From contig OX597818.1 of NCBI GenBank assembly GCA_951406725.2, positions 41,292,001 to 41,356,000 of the forward strand: a stretch of 64,000 bases of DNA, read 5' to 3'. This document shows, in pieces, positions 1 through 15,486 of this stretch. The translations under genes were made by a program, and so were the position numbers. Numbering within the stretch: the stretch's first letter is position 1; each line of letters starts with the position of its first letter. Under the pieces are notes generated by a model that searched no databases, was not told the origin of the DNA, and worked only from the letters and a program-made list of their open reading frames with translations. Origin of the DNA: Octopus vulgaris (lineage: Eukaryota).

Positions 1-302
1 TAATCGCTAAACATTTTAATATACAGTAGAGTAAAATAAATAACGTCGCACGAAGCTGCGTTGACAAACATATATTTGTGTAAAGTCATACTTTACACAT
101 TGGAGTGTATTTGGAGGTGAGAAGACCTTCTGCCGCGTAACTAATCCCTGAAGAAAATTCTCCTAGACTTGTGAGAAAACGCATCTAGAGCTGTGGATGA
201 CGTTTTTGGAACGCAGAGGCATGCATTTCTGTGTATTTTCGCTCTACATAAAAGGATGTGTCTCCCTTGCAGCATATATTTATAAGTTTCTCTTTCTCTC
301 AT

Positions 303-369
<67 letters not shown>

Positions 370-394
370 ATATATATAAGTGTGTGTTGTATAC

Positions 395-448
<54 letters not shown>

Positions 449-982
449 TATTCTCCCTTAAGTTCCAAATATACTTCGACAGAGTTGTTGCTTTTATCCT
501 AAATATTTCGAGGTTCAGTTATATTTTCCATACCCGTTACTAGGTTTTGTATATTGTGCATTGTATTCTAAAAAACTCGGTGATGTTGGGTTTATGATAA
601 ACTGTTGATTTCAAATGTGAATTCGATCATTAATCTCACTTTGAATTTCAACATTTATAAGGTCCAAGAAATGTTTATAGATTGAGTTTTAACCCTTATA
701 AATAGCACCAGTAAAATTACATTCTTCAAATGTCTAAATTTATATCTTCATATTTGAATTTTCATGAAATGAAGACTTAAACTTTAAGAATAGTGAATTG
801 ATTCATGGCCTCATTTTACACTTGTGTGGGAATAATAATATGCTGAAAATAGTTATAAGTTTTCGTCTACAAAATATTGATTATATTGGGATATCTGTTT
901 TGAATATCAGATTTTCATGTTATTTTTATTACGTTGAAAATTTAGGCGTGGGAGTGGTGTACCTAACATAGAAAAATATCCA

Positions 983-1049
<67 letters not shown>

Positions 1050-1050
1050 T

Positions 1051-1540
1051 CGTGTACATTGTTTCGTCTTGGTATAAAAGATGGACTACGGCAAATATTC
1101 TACTCAATACCACAGATTTGCTAGTCAGTTGTTCGACCTTAACCAGTTGAGCATGTCCCTTAGTGGCTGATGACATGTGCATCTCTGATCCCGAGCAGAA
1201 GTAGTGGGGGAGCATCATAGCCATGTGTTGAGAGGAATTCTTGGAGGTTTGGATAATTCACCTCTGGAAACATGGGTGTTTCGTTCAACATTCTTAAACA
1301 AACCTTATTCAAGGACCTTTTGAGCGGGATGGGCTACACAACCTGAAGAAAATTCCAACTGGGCCCTTAACTACAAGGTCATGCACTGTTTGTCTTGATA
1401 TGAGATCACCATGTCACGCGTAAATGGTTGTGATGCATATGCCTGGTGTACATGCCTGGTGTAGTCATAATGGGTATACTGGGCTTTGGTATATTTTACC
1501 CCAGTGTCACTTTGATGGCATGCACTGCGCTCTCACTCAA
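1051..1540 (+). mobile_element. ~490-bp non-coding retroposon (family E) embedded in (AAT)n
   Basis: Reverse-oriented homologue at 6882-7265; ends ctctcactcaa then microsatellite; (AAT)n at both ends. Confidence 0.7.
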
Positions 1541-1549
1541 AAATAATAA

Positions 1550-1628
<79 letters not shown>

Positions 1629-2109
1629 GAGCAAAAATAACAGAAACGTTGGGCTGCGTACATTTATGGTAGAGATTATATATTTTTCAAGGTCTGCAGC
1701 TTTAAGCTTTTCTATGCCCATAACTCCTTTCTAGTTGGAGCTTTTAAAAAATTCGACTTTGATAGCGCAAAGAGACTGTCATTTCGGAAGAGTTCCACAA
1801 ACAGAATGAAAGAGGACGGACGGGATGAAGCGCCAAAGTGTTGCAGGCACAAACCGATGGAGAGGGAATGAGGGTGGGGCTATAACTGATTCGGGTTTGT
1901 CTTTTGTTTTTTTGTTGTTTCTTTTTGTTGTTATTTTTTTTTTTTTTTGGTTTTTCGAACTTCGAGCCATTTATTTGAAAAATAACATAAAATAAAATAA
2001 AACACCGTGAAAAACATGTCAAGGTTGATAAACGCCTCTTTCCTCACGTTTTTTTCCCCTTGCCTGAACATGAAACGGACTGCTTCATTAAACTGGTCCT
2101 TTTCGCTTC

Positions 2110-2110
<1 letters not shown>

Positions 2111-2148
<38 letters not shown>

Positions 2149-2176
2149 GTCATCATCATCATCATCATCATCGTCG

Positions 2177-2208
<32 letters not shown>

Positions 2209-2266
2209 GTCATCGTCATCATCATCATCATCATCATCGTCATCGTCATCATCATCATCTTCATCG

Positions 2267-2304
<38 letters not shown>

Positions 2305-2305
2305 G

Positions 2306-2352
<47 letters not shown>

Positions 2353-2383
2353 GTCATCATCATCGTCATCATCATCGTCATCG

Positions 2384-2415
<32 letters not shown>

Positions 2416-2580
2416 GTCATCATCACCACCATCATCATCGTCATCATCATCATCATCATCATCATCGTCACTATCATCATTACCACCAAAACCAACATTT
2501 ATCCTCATCATCACTGTCATCATCGTCGTCATCATTGTCATCATCATTATCACCACCACCACCACCATCAGCAGCATCGC
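2111..2580. repeat. (CAT)n microsatellite with CGT interruptions
   Basis: Directly visible; source of the poly-H/D/S/M ORFs. Confidence 0.95.
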
Positions 2581-2805
2581 CATCTTCTATCAGAAATCTC
2601 CTCTCCTACCTATCATTTGGATTTCTGGTTCAACAAATTGATGATTTCATTAAATTTCATTCCACCATTCTGTTTTGTTTTGTTATTTTATTTTTTTTAT
2701 TTTTTTGAATTTTAAGATTTTTATTATTGCCTATTCCGTGTGCTTGCATTTCTGTGTTTGCATATGAGTATGTGATTGTGGTTGTGTGCATGCTTGAGTA
2801 GGTGC

Positions 2806-2846
<41 letters not shown>

Positions 2847-2959
2847 CGTGAGTACGTGTGTGTATGCGTTGAGTGTGTGTATACGTGAGTGCGTGTGTGT
2901 ATTTACCACCGATTGTTTTTTTAACTCAACTTCGTCTTGTGGCTATTACGCATCTACTA

Positions 2960-2998
<39 letters not shown>

Positions 2999-3092
2999 TT
3001 GCTGCTGCTACTACTACCTCTATTATTACTACTACTACTACTACTATTACTGCTACTACTACCTTTATTATTACTACTACTACCTCTATTAT

Positions 3093-3127
<35 letters not shown>

Positions 3128-3236
3128 TTACTACAACTGTTTTTATTATTATTATATTTTCACTATTACTAACATAACCATGATCACCACAATATATGCA
3201 ATAACAGGAGTTGCAATAGCAGCAGCAGCAGCAGTG

Positions 3237-3294
<58 letters not shown>

Positions 3295-5036
3295 ACATTG
3301 AGATTTTCGGGCGAGGTTGATTTTCTTAATAGCCAGGAAATGAGGAGATGCAGTGATGGTCATGCCTTTACACAGAGCATTATTGCCACAGTTTTAACCG
3401 TCCAAACATCGATGTGATGGTCATGGTCACAATGTATTTGATTATTAGATCATTTGATCGATTAGGTTTGATCTGGGGCTAAACAATACCTATCCCCCAC
3501 ATCTATTACCAAAAAGAAGTCATGGCCATCATCCTCTTCATCATCGTCGTCGTCATCTCATTATTGTCATCACCATCGTCATCATCATCATCGTCATCAT
3601 CATCGTCATCATCATCATCATTAACAACATCATCATCATCATCGTAGTCGTCATTAACAACAGCTCCAATACCAACAAAATCATCGAGAGAGATACCATG
3701 AGTTACTTGACTTTCTGGATTTTCACATCGCACCACTATCATTTTATAAAAGCATGCGTCAGACAGCGTGCTTCTGGGTTTCCTGCAGTAGGAAAAAGAC
3801 GTGATGGTCACGCCTTGAATGCTTTGATTAAAGATATGCCTGGTTAAAGTCTGACCTGAGTTGAAACAATGACATCAACAATAACAGCAGAACTAGCAAA
3901 GGAGCATCTATACTGATGCTTGTTTTACTAGGAATAGCAGCTAAGTATCCTTTATAATGAATCTTTTTCGTCTTTATACAGAAAGGAGACGCTGGACAAT
4001 GTAGTCCTAGATAGACTGTTTCTGAATAAAAGACGAAGCGTTCACGGATGGAATGTCTTTGGCCATAAGTCTACACAAACAAGGGTGACTTGGGGGTTAT
4101 ATAAGAGCAGTTGCTCAGTTCCAATGGATTTTTTTCACCCAAAGGGAAAATATATAATTGTTATAATTAATTCAGTACTAATATGATATAATGAACCAGG
4201 AAATTTTAATTGATTATTTCAATTACGCCCGTAATGAGAAGAAAGAAAACAGAGCTTAATTATCCATTGAAGTAAAAGACAAAGGACAAGAGAAACAATT
4301 ACAAATTTTTTTAATCAAATCTAATTAAAATAGAATGCTAATATGTAATGGAGAGGTATTCTGATTTTTTTTATATGGCCTAACACGACGATCCTCAAGC
4401 ATTTTTTACTTATGGGCCCCCACCACAATTACTGTTTTATTCTATCTTTCAAAATTCATCTTTTGTTATTCACACGTTAACTTGTGTAGGTGGAACTATG
4501 GAAAATGATACAGAAAGAAAGTTAGTTGTTTCTTGCAATACACACCAATACATACGGATGGCCTTCCATAAACAACCTTGCCCGGATTTGTACCTCGGAG
4601 GGTAACTCGTACATCTAAAGCAAAATGTTTTCAGGGGCCCTTCAAATATTACAGTAAATTCCCAATTTACTATTTTTCCTGCGTGGATCCCCTTTCATTA
4701 CTTTTTTATTCTGATGGATCCCCATAGCAATTCGATGTTTAAAAACTAGTTTTATAGATACTTTTTTTCGAATTTCATCTTTTGTTATACACACATTAAC
4801 TTGTATAGGGTGAACTATGTAAAATGTTAGAGAAAGAAGCCGAGCTGTTTCTTGCATTAGACACATTAAAATAAAAATAAAAACTTTAAAAGACTCTTAA
4901 AATAATACTGTGGATCCTCAATTTACTATTCTGCTAGCGTGAGTCACCTAAAAAAAAATCTGATATGAACCATTGACCTAACATTACAATACTATGTCGC
5001 AAGTCAAGGGAGACAACCAGTTTAATATTCTTTATG

Positions 5037-5378
5037 GGAGACCCCATTCGGTCATGAATGACCATGGGATTGCACCTAGTAGAAAGTTACCCTCCGAGGT
5101 ACAAGTCCTCGGGCAAGGTTGTTTATGGAAAGCCAGCAGTCGCCCATGCATACCAGCCTCTCCTCTCCACGCCACTGATGTTATCCAAGGGAAAGGCAAA
5201 GGCTGATACAGCTTGGCACCAGTGATATCGCATCTCATTTCTACAGTTGAGTTAACTGGAGCAACGTGAAATTAAGTGTCTTGCTCAAGAACACAACACG
5301 CAGCCTGGTCCGTGAATCGAACTCACAACCTCACGATCGTAAGCTCGACGCTCTAACCACTGAGCCATGCGCCTTCAC
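5037..5378 (-). mobile_element. tRNA-derived SINE family B (CORE-like central domain), full length
   Basis: A box tggctcagtgg and B box agttcgattc; gtgttcttgagcaagacactt CORE-like segment; 13-bp TSD aatattctttatg at 5024-5036 and 5379-5391. Confidence 0.88.
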
Positions 5379-6272
5379 AATATTCTTTATGCATGCAAAT
5401 CATCAATACTAAAATAGCCAATCGAATAAATCGACAACATTATATAACGGGTACCTATTTTATCCAATCAAAGGGCTGAAAGAAAAAGGCGGCTCTGGTG
5501 GGATTTGAACTCAGAACTGAGGAAAATTAAGATAAATATGTTGAGAAAGGTATTTATTTTCCCAATTCCTACCCTATAGTTTCTTATTAAAGGAAGGGCG
5601 CGTTAGATAGCGTAGCCCTAGTTATGCCTGAGGAAATAACGGGATGGTCATTGGTGGAACGGTTTTGATCGGTCCTGTTTGTTTAGGGCGGTCTCGCAAT
5701 AAGCGACAATAACAATAACAACAACGTCTTCTCATGCATTATGCACCACTGGTGTCTCTCAACATTCAGAACTGTAGCGAAGTAAGTTGGCTTTTGATGA
5801 CGTCAGTAAAGCCTTCGACTGGATTTCACATGAGAACCTTTAAAACTAAGGTCCCAACACACAAAGCCTACGTCTTTGTCCTTGGCTGCCTCTTTCTCTT
5901 CCTTCTCTCTCACTCTCTCTTTCTCTCTCTCTCTCTCACTCACTCTCTCCTTTCTCTCTTAATTCGAAAGATTTCTCTTCAGGTTGTTCCCCATTCAACG
6001 CTTTCTTCCTCTGGCACATGACTGCGGGAATCAGAGATGAGTAAGACGTGATTTTTCGCGACGAGAAATCGACTCACAATGTAATGAGGCTTAACTGAAC
6101 GCAACAAGCAATGCTGTTGCTGCTGTTGATGATGATGATGACGATGACGACGACGACGACGACGATGTTGTTGGTGGTGTGGCGGTGGTAGTGGTGGTGG
6201 TCGTCGTCGTCGTCGTGGCGGTCGTGATGGTCGTGGAGGTCGTGGTGGTTTGGTGGTGATGTCGATGATGAC

Positions 6273-6304
<32 letters not shown>

Positions 6305-6569
6305 CAATAAGGAGGAGGAGGAGGAGGAGGAGAGGGTGTCTAATGATGGCTACAACGGGAAGACAACCGCTACGCCACGACTACCACAACCACACGACAA
6401 TAGTAACGAAAATTGTTTCTTCATTTTCTCCGAAGTCGACTTTGCCTTTCATCCTTTCGTTGTAGATACATTAATTAGCAGTGAAACACAGGAGTCCATA
6501 TAATTGACTAGTCCCCTTTTCCCTAAATTTCAGGCCTTGTGTCTTCAGTAGAAAGGGTTTATTTATTAG

Positions 6570-6785
6570 GGTAGCGAGCTGGCAGAATCGGTAGCACGCC
6601 AGGCGAAATGCTTAGCGGTATTTCGTCTGCCGCTACGTTCTGAGTTCAAATTCTGCCGAGGTCGACTTTGCCTTTCATCTTTTCGGGGTCGATTAAATAT
6701 GAGTACCTCTTACGCACTGGGGGTCGATGTAATCGACTTAATTACTTCCCCCAAATTTGAGGCTTTGTGCTTCTAGTAGAAAATA
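6570..6785 (+). mobile_element. SINE family A, tail type 2
   Basis: gcgagctggcagaa...gagttcaaatt...gaggtcgactttgcctttcatc..tcggggtcgat...aaatttgaggctttgtg..tagtagaaa; a degenerate 3' half precedes it at ~6430-6560. Confidence 0.85.
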
Positions 6786-6829
6786 TTATTATTGTTGTTG
6801 TTGTTGTTACTGCTGATGATGATGATGAT

Positions 6830-7397
<568 letters not shown>

Positions 7398-7452
7398 CAT
7401 CATCATCATTATTATTATTGTTATTGTTGTTGTTGTTAATATTATTATTATT

Positions 7453-7511
<59 letters not shown>

Positions 7512-7527
7512 CATTATTATTATTATT

Positions 7528-7740
7528 AGGGTGGCGAGCCGGTAGAATCGTTAGCATACCGGACAAAATGTTCAGTAGCATTTCGCTCGTCTTTATGTTC
7601 AGTGTTCCATTTCCACCGAGATTAACTTTGCTTTTCATCCTTTTGAGATCGATAAGATAAGTACCAGTCGAATACTGGGGGGTCGATGTCATCGACTAGC
7701 CCCCTTCCCCCAAAATTTCAGGCCTTGTGCCTATAATAGA

Positions 7741-7742
<2 letters not shown>
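7528..7742 (+). mobile_element. SINE family A, tail type 2, followed by (TAG)n
   Basis: Diverged copy of 6570-6785. Confidence 0.8.
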
Positions 7743-7796
<54 letters not shown>

Positions 7797-8082
7797 CGTA
7801 AAAAACGACGAACTTTTCAAGCCTAGCCAGGTTCATGGGCCCAGTTTCCCGGTTTCTGTGGCGTATGTGGACGGGACGCCAGCCAAGAAACAGGAAGTAA
7901 GAGTGAGAGAAAGTTGTGGCGAAAGAGTACAACAGGGGTCGCCACCACCCCCTGCCGGAGCCTCGTGGAGCTTTTAGGTGTTTTCGCTCTATAAACACAC
8001 ACAACACCCGGTCTGGAAATCGTAACCGCGATCCTCTGACCACAAGTCCGCTGCGCTAACCACTGGGCCATTGCGCCTCCAC
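7797..8082 (-). mobile_element. SINE family D inserted in the (TAG)n tail of a family-A SINE
   Basis: Head ggaggcgcaatggcccagtggttag; homologous to 24573-24878 and 58905-59105. Confidence 0.82.
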
Positions 8083-8784
8083 AGTAGTAGTAATAGTGAC
8101 ACTATAAAACCAGAAAAAGATTACTGCTGCAGCTGCTGCTGTTACTACTACTGCTGCTACTGGTAAGAATATAACGTGGATTTATATTTTTTCAAATGAC
8201 TTAACAGAAAAGAAATAACCTCAATAGAAGAATACGAAAAAAAACACTATCAATAAATAAATTAAAAGACGTAATTAAATCATTCTCTTGGTGGACCAGA
8301 AATGAAATTCAGTTATTGGATTCAAAAATGTTATTCTGTTCTCCACTTCCTCTTTGCCTCCTCCTTCTCCTCGTCTCCTTTCTCCTCCTCCTCTTTCGCC
8401 TACGTCATCCGTCATCCATTTTATATTTAAGCACTTCGATAGTTCTCAAATAGTGAAAATAACAATAGCTTTTAGAATTCTCCAGAATTGGTGAGTAGTA
8501 TTTTGCGAAAGTAATTTCCTCCTTCTCGTTGAGTACTAATTATTGAATATGAACGTGGGCAGTTGTTGTTGTTGTTGTTCTCGTTGTTTAACCCCAGGTC
8601 GATTCTGGTGGTGCAGACATGTGATCAAGAGCATCATATTGGTAATCTATCTCTATGTAGGATGAGTCCCGATCAACATAAAGTCGGATTACTAACATTC
8701 GTCGAGCTTTAGAAATCTGCAGAATTTTTGCGCATGAAAGCATTGACAATATTGTTAACAAGCACACACACACACACAGACAGA

Positions 8785-9243
8785 TATGTAGTTGTGTGGT
8801 TAGAGAATTTCTTCCCAACCATACAATTCCGGATTCCGTCACAATGCGTACCAACTTGGTCAAATGTCTTCTATTGTAGCCTCGAGCCAACCAAAGCCTT
8901 GTGAGTGGATTTGGTTGACGGAAACTGATAAAAGCCCGTCGTATATATATTATATATATATATATATATATTGTTATATTTCGGAATGGTCATTTTGCCA
9001 GTTTAGCCAATAAAAACACACGCACTATAACAATATCTGTTTCAACACACGACTTCACATAAAAAATCTTGCACAACAAATATTTAAACGTGTATATATA
9101 TATATATATATATATATAGGCGCAGGCGTGGCTGTGTGGTAAGAAGCTTGCTTCCCAACCACATAGTTCCGGGTTCAGTGCCACTGCGTGGCACTTTGGG
9201 CAGGTGTCTTCGACTATAGCCTCGGGCCGACCAAAGCCCTGTT
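8785..9243 (+). mobile_element. Two head-half family-C SINE fragments (8785-8942 and 9119-9243)
   Basis: Both match the family-C head; separated by a family-G repeat. Confidence 0.75.
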
Positions 9244-9707
9244 CTATGTGTACACGCGGGCGGTATTGCAGTACTAGTTACTCAATATTAATTATTGAGA
9301 TTTTTCTATAAAAAATATTCGAGAAAATATTCTCGCATGGATATCGTTTGTTGCACAATATTTGCGTGATTGGTTTTCGCTACGTCAAAAATATAAAAGA
9401 AATGTTTTATATTAATCAGAAAAGACGTTGTCTCTTTCAGATGAACAAACAAATAAGTAAATTGCCATCAACTTCTCTAGGAAATATTAAATACCATCCT
9501 TAGAAATATCTCTGCCTCAGCCTGCGTCGCAACAGAGAAATGACATTTAGATTTTGGTGCTAACAAATATAACGCATAGAAACTGAGCATATTAATGAAT
9601 ATGACGGTTATTGTGTTTGTGTATTAAGTGGGTGTATGTTTGTGTACACACACACACACACACACACATATATAAATACTCAGCCACACATGCGCATATA
9701 TATATGC

Positions 9708-9764
<57 letters not shown>

Positions 9765-9888
9765 TATATATATATATATGCGTATGTGTGTTTGTGTGCG
9801 TGTATATATATATACATGTATGTGCGTATATGCGTGTATATATATATATATATATATATACACACGCACACATGATATATATCTCTAT

Positions 9889-10229
9889 GTGAAGGCGCAT
9901 GGCTCCGTTGATAGAGCGTCGAGATTACGATCGTGAGATTGTGAGTTCGAATCCCGGACCTGGCTGCGTGTTGTGTTCTTGAGCAAGACACTTTATTTCA
10001 CGTTGCTCCAGTTCACTCAGCTGTAGAAACGAGTTGCGACGTGAGAGGTGCCAAGCTGTATCAGCCTTTGCCTTTCCCTTGGATAACACTGGTGACGTAA
10101 AGAGGGGAGGCCAGTATACGTGGGCGACTGCTGGTCTCCCATAAACAACCTTGCCCCAACTTGTGCCTGGGAGGGTAACTTTCTAGGTGCAATCCCACGG
10201 TCAGTGTCGTGACCGAAGACGGTTTCAGC
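9889..10229 (+). mobile_element. SINE family B, full length
   Basis: Homologous to 5037-5378; 12-bp TSD atatatctctat. Confidence 0.88.
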
Positions 10230-10256
10230 ATATATCTCTATATTTATACATATTTA

Positions 10257-11144
10257 GGATCTTTTCAGTTCTGAAGCCAGGACCACAGATCTTTCTACTT
10301 AACTAAATATTCTGAAACTTCGTATGCTGATAGAGTCTAGCAAAACAAGACACAGGTTGGAACTAGTTTATTTGAGAAAAATCTATTTTATGACTTTAAT
10401 CGTAGATTAAAACTGCGAATTTTAACCAATCAGATTGTTTGTTTTCATGTGTAAAACTTGACTGCATTCTATTAGTGTGACGTAGAAAGCGCTTTTGTGA
10501 CGTACTAACGTTCGGAAAACTGTAAACAAACACAGAACGTAACGGCAGACGAAATACGGCTACGCATTTCGCCCGGCGTGCTAACGTTTCTGCCAGCTCT
10601 TTGCTTTTTTAATATTAAATTTCTTGCCTTTTGCACAAATAAATACAATAAGTGAAATGAAACGCATTAGCTTAGAAACGAAATCTTGTTAGAAGCCTCG
10701 TCACTGAGATGCCACTTCTTAATAGCAAACGAAAGCAAGTACTAACAGAATGGAAACATTTTCAATTTAATACATGTGGCTTATTAACTAGTTTTAAATA
10801 TTGTTATTAGAAGGTGGCTGACTATAGGATCCTGGAAACATGAGTACGTTAAATAATTAGAAGGAGATTTCACGGAGACATGCGGCTTGTTTACATTTAA
10901 GATGTTTAATACGTCACCAAATTGGTGGTCGAGACGGAGTAAATAAAATAAAGCCGAATGACGGAATATCATTGGTTAAAATTCTAATTATTAAACAACG
11001 TTAAACTTAGAAGTTACAATTCCGTTTTCATTCTGGTTTACAATTAAGTTTACTTTTGACACATTCTACCAGTATACGAAGTTTCAAATTGTTTGGTTCA
11101 GTAGGAAAAATTTGAAAAAACTGGCTTCAGAATTGAAAAGATCC
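10257..11144. mobile_element. MITE with GGATC...GATCC termini and 8-bp TSD (Merlin-like)
   Basis: TIR ggatcttttcagttctgaagccag / ctggcttcagaattgaaaagatcc; TSD catattta at 10249-10256 and 11145-11152; contains a family-A SINE fragment at ~10530-10600. Confidence 0.82.
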
Positions 11145-14100
11145 CATATTTATATATGAACTGTTTATGTGGGCATTATATTTATATATTTATGTATATA
11201 TAGGTATATATGTATGTGTGTGTGTGTCTGCGTGTTTATACACATATGTGCATGTATGTATTTGTATATTTATACACACACTCACACGCTCATTCTCTCT
11301 CTCTATCTATCAATCTATCTATCTATCTATCTGTCTGTCTGTCTATTTATCTATCTCTGACATACACAATATTATGCCCAACACGTACATAATACGAGAA
11401 GTGAAATAAATTTACTACAAAGCTTTTCTATGGATGAAACAAGAATTTAAATGCATTCTTTCTACAGTACTAATGTACGAAAATGAGTAGGGAAGTTTCC
11501 TGATGGGCCGTTTCATTTTTTCTTGGCCGTTCTTCAGGGAAATCATAACCAGCGTCGCTCTCCAATTATTTGCATAAAATACCCAGCTCATATATAAGGC
11601 AGCTATAAATTAGATAATCACTCTTGTGGATAGCGTGATATGCTATCCACAATAGCGTGGATAGCGTGGTAGCGTGATATTGACATAGTTACGTTTTTGA
11701 TAGTCCTTCGTTAATTAGAAGATACCGCTATTTTATGAACAACACGCTGCATAAAGCTGAATTGCAATATATTTAAATATTACAAATCTTCGCTGTAAAT
11801 AAAAATAAAAATGAGAGTAGATTTTTTTTTCTATACATTATTTACATTCGACGGATATTTGTCCTCAATTGTTTGTTGTTAACACAACGTTTCGGCTGAT
11901 ATACCCTCCAGCCTTCATCACATGTCTTGGGGAAATCTCGAACCTTAGTTCTCATTCCTAAGATTCTTTCTATGTTGTTGATGTGCAGAAAAAAAACTAT
12001 AAGGCGAGTCTTCTAACGGACTATTCCACGGTTTGTTGACCGCTCCTCAGAGACGTACTCAGCTTCCTACCACAATCAATAACTTAAAGCATTATAAAAA
12101 GCAAACGTTTGTGTATGTATGTGTGTTTGTATGCATATTCTTGCCTTTTAATGTTTCAATATAAGAAAAGTTTGAGTAGATCTCAATTCTTTGTACTAAT
12201 TTTATCGAGCGTACAAAGCACAAAATGTAAAGTTGACTTCGGTATAAAAGGTCCTCACTTGTAGGAACCAAATACCACATTTTTCTTTTATTCACCAATT
12301 CTACAATTCTTCACCGATATTTATATTTCGAGCTTCCGCACGGTTTCCACCAACCAATTTTCTTCAACAAAGCATTAGTTGACACAAGGCTAATGACACA
12401 AGGCGAATGACTAAGAGAGGAGCCAACCACTCAAGGTGCCGCTGAATGGGTTTACCTTTTAAGCAATAAGGTTATGCCTACATCCTCTCGTTCATTCATT
12501 CATTCGTAGTTGGTTGGTCGGTCGGTCGGTCGGTCGGTTGGTTGGCCGGTTTGTTGGCCGGTTGGTCGGCCGGTTGGTCGGTTGGTTGTTTGGTATATAT
12601 TATATTCGTGAAGTAACGCATGCTGATACTGGTCACTGAGTGGTATCCTCAAACTTGGAGACCAGACCCCAATGATTGTAACAGGATGAACATCTCCGCT
12701 AAAGGCATCCTATGTGCCAGGTGGTGATGTTAAACCGGGTAACGGATTAAGTTTATGACCCAAGTTTGCCACAGCTAGGTTTGAACTCAGAACGCAAAGA
12801 ACCAGAATAAACGTTACAAGACAATCCAATTCCACCAATCTGCCGTCCTTGAACGACACCCTAAGGATTAAAATGAAAGTTGGCCTCGGCGGAATTTGAA
12901 CTCAGTTCACTAAATCATAGCAAATATCACAAAGCATTCCGTCTGACGTGCTTAACAACTCTGCCAAATTTGTCGTTTGTTGTGATTCAATGAAATCTGT
13001 TTCGGCTGTGTTTATCAGCATCAAGTATTTTGCTGCTGCAGTTGCTGTTGTGACTGCTCATGCTGCTGTAGTTGCTGTTGACTGTTCTTGCTGCTCTTAT
13101 AGCTTATGATACTACTATTTTTGTTGTTGTTGCTGTCGTCGTTGTCGTCGTCGTCGTCGTTGTTTGTTGGTGAATGTTTTATAAATATCTACCATATGAG
13201 ACAATTTCAAGAATATAAGTGACGTCAAATTGCTGCCTGACTACAGAACCATTTAAAGCTAATTTCGTGAGCATTGAAGCGATTATTTTCCTCCTTTTTT
13301 TCCTTTCTTTATTTTTTTCTATTTGCTTTGAAACTGTAAAAATAAGTAGGCACAGCTTAGAGACCAACTCGTTCTAGCGTTACCGCTTGCTTTTGTCAAC
13401 AATATCAACTGATTGCTCCCTATTCAGCCGTTGGAGCTGACTTCTGATCAAATCAAATTAAATTGTCTTGCTTTAGAGCCGATATCAAAAATCAAAACGA
13501 GGTTCTGAGTTCCTACTCCTTTCTCTCACTCACTCTCTCTATCTCTTTCTTTCTCTGTTTTCCCCTCTGTGTCTCCTTTTCTTCAACGGTCGTTATTTTA
13601 GCTTAGGAAGATGAAGCAATACGAAAAATGGGAAGCTAAAAATAAACAAAACGCATGCATACATGCAAACATACACAAAAGAGAAACTCTTCCTTTCTTC
13701 TTCAAAGGTCATCGATTTACTGACCGGTCTCACACAAAAGCTACATATTCCCTCTGGATATGGTCATTATATGAGAAGAAATCCAATGCTGCTCAATGGG
13801 TGTGCTTAAATATAACTAACAAAAGTAAGAGAGCCAGTTATTTATAATGGCGGCTATATTGGGCTGAAAATGGTGGCCAAGACGTAGAATTCTTTGAGAA
13901 CAATCCTATTTCGATTTTTAGGTGATTGCAGTTCACTCCGTTTAGCTTCCTAATGGTTATTGGAAAGGCATGATTGTCACACAATATCAGTTTTTACTCT
14001 TATGAATCTGGATTGCATTTAAACATGGAGTGAAAATTAACCACAACTGTTCACAGTTTTATTGATTTTGGTCATTGCACTATGGCCATGTTGCAGCACA

Positions 14101-15486
14101 AACTTTAAATGGAATAGTCCGAATACACTGATCTCTACCTCAGAATTTAATTATTGGCTAGTACGCTCATTTTATTGATGTGAAATCCATGGAAAATCAA
14201 AGTATCGATGGAAATCAAAGAAGATCTCGGCAGTATTTGAACTCAGAACGAAAAGGTTCGTAACCATATAACACAACATTCTACAATCATTCACCATCAA
14301 CAATGTAGATTCGTTGTGAAGCGAATTTCTGATAGCTTTGGTTCCCAGCTGGAGTTGTTACGTTACACTTATACCCTGAATGTATACAGGAAAGCATGAA
14401 CATCATAACCAGTTGTGTCACGTATACTGAAAGAAACGCTACCTTATTTATAGTCACAAACCGACGGAATTCAAACACCCAATTGCATCCAACTTTCTAA
14501 CGGTTATTTAGTACCCATGAGATATACTATAGTTATTTACGCGTCACATTTAAATTTCCTGGATGATTTCTAAAATCTATTGGATTGCTAGATACTAGTA
14601 AAGACTGGATCTTTGTATGAGGGTTCAATGAAGGTATCTCCTGGGGTATGTTTCCATTTACTTTTACCAAATCCACATAAAGGCATATTTTTCTTTAATT
14701 ATGAAACATACAGAAAGAAAACTTATGACAAACAAAATATGATGGCGTAATCGACAGGCATGAACAAGACCATCAATGACTTGGTAAATCAAAAGCAATA
14801 AATATATGGGCATCTTTAGGATACGATTAGGCAATCGACCAGTGGAAGCCGGACAAATACTGAATCGATTAATGAAAAGCAAAAAACAACAATGATGAAA
14901 GGAATAACAGTGAAACTGACCAATAGAAACAGAGCAACCGGCGAATTAGCAAGTGGTAAGATAGATAGATAGATGGCTTACAATTAGCAAGTGGAAAGAT
15001 AGATGGTTTACAAACTCCACAAAAACACTTAAATTGATTAAGTAATATGCGTGCCTAAGAGTTTATGCGGGTGGGTGTATATATATGCATGTTCATACGT
15101 ATGTAAATGTATGTATGTGTGTATATGTGACCTCGTGAAGACTACCTGCAATTTTTTTTCCTCTGTCCTCCCGTCTCGGGATCTTTCTTTCTCCTATGTT
15201 TCCGACGAAGAGCTCCGCTCGAAACGTCATACCCTCCTTCTTCCATTTTCCTGAGCGCCTAATAGTAATAATACTGTAATTGTTCCACGTGTTGTTGTTT
15301 TTTCTGTTTTCCCGTTTGGATTAACCTTATATATATATATACATATATATATATTTATATAAATATATATATATATATGTATACGATACACTTCTACCGT
15401 TATGAATTTAGCGCTCGTTTTCAGCTGTTTTTTTTTTTTCATGAGTTTGATGAGGCGAGTAACACTTTAACCCGAGACACAGTAAG

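Noticed and set aside
1165-1205. CTGATGA in family E as a hammerhead
   Set aside because: No GAAA or closing stems at the required positions in either copy.
2007-3320. Poly-His/Asp/Ser/Met/Leu/Tyr ORFs
   Set aside because: Translations of (CAT)n and (TAC/TAT)n microsatellites, open in many frames, with no complex sequence.
4400-4980. Possible hAT-type MITE with a duplicated ~100-bp block (4455-4550 and 4772-4868)
   Set aside because: The duplication is visible, but I could not define matching TIRs or a TSD.
5983-6039. ttcag...gtaaga exon-like segment
   Set aside because: No recognisable protein similarity; two frames contain stops.
8432-8490. Possible exon ending ...LQN(W) before gtgagt
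   Set aside because: No ChAT similarity and the phase does not fit the phase-0 acceptor at 26252.
9889-9962. tRNA gene-like sequences (also 5300-5378 and 24575-24650)
   Set aside because: They are SINE heads continuous with SINE bodies and flanked by TSDs; cloverleaves are imperfect.
14640-14880. FHLLLPNPHK resembling the PLE FYxLPKIHK motif
   Set aside because: Too short and degenerate, with no further motifs in register.
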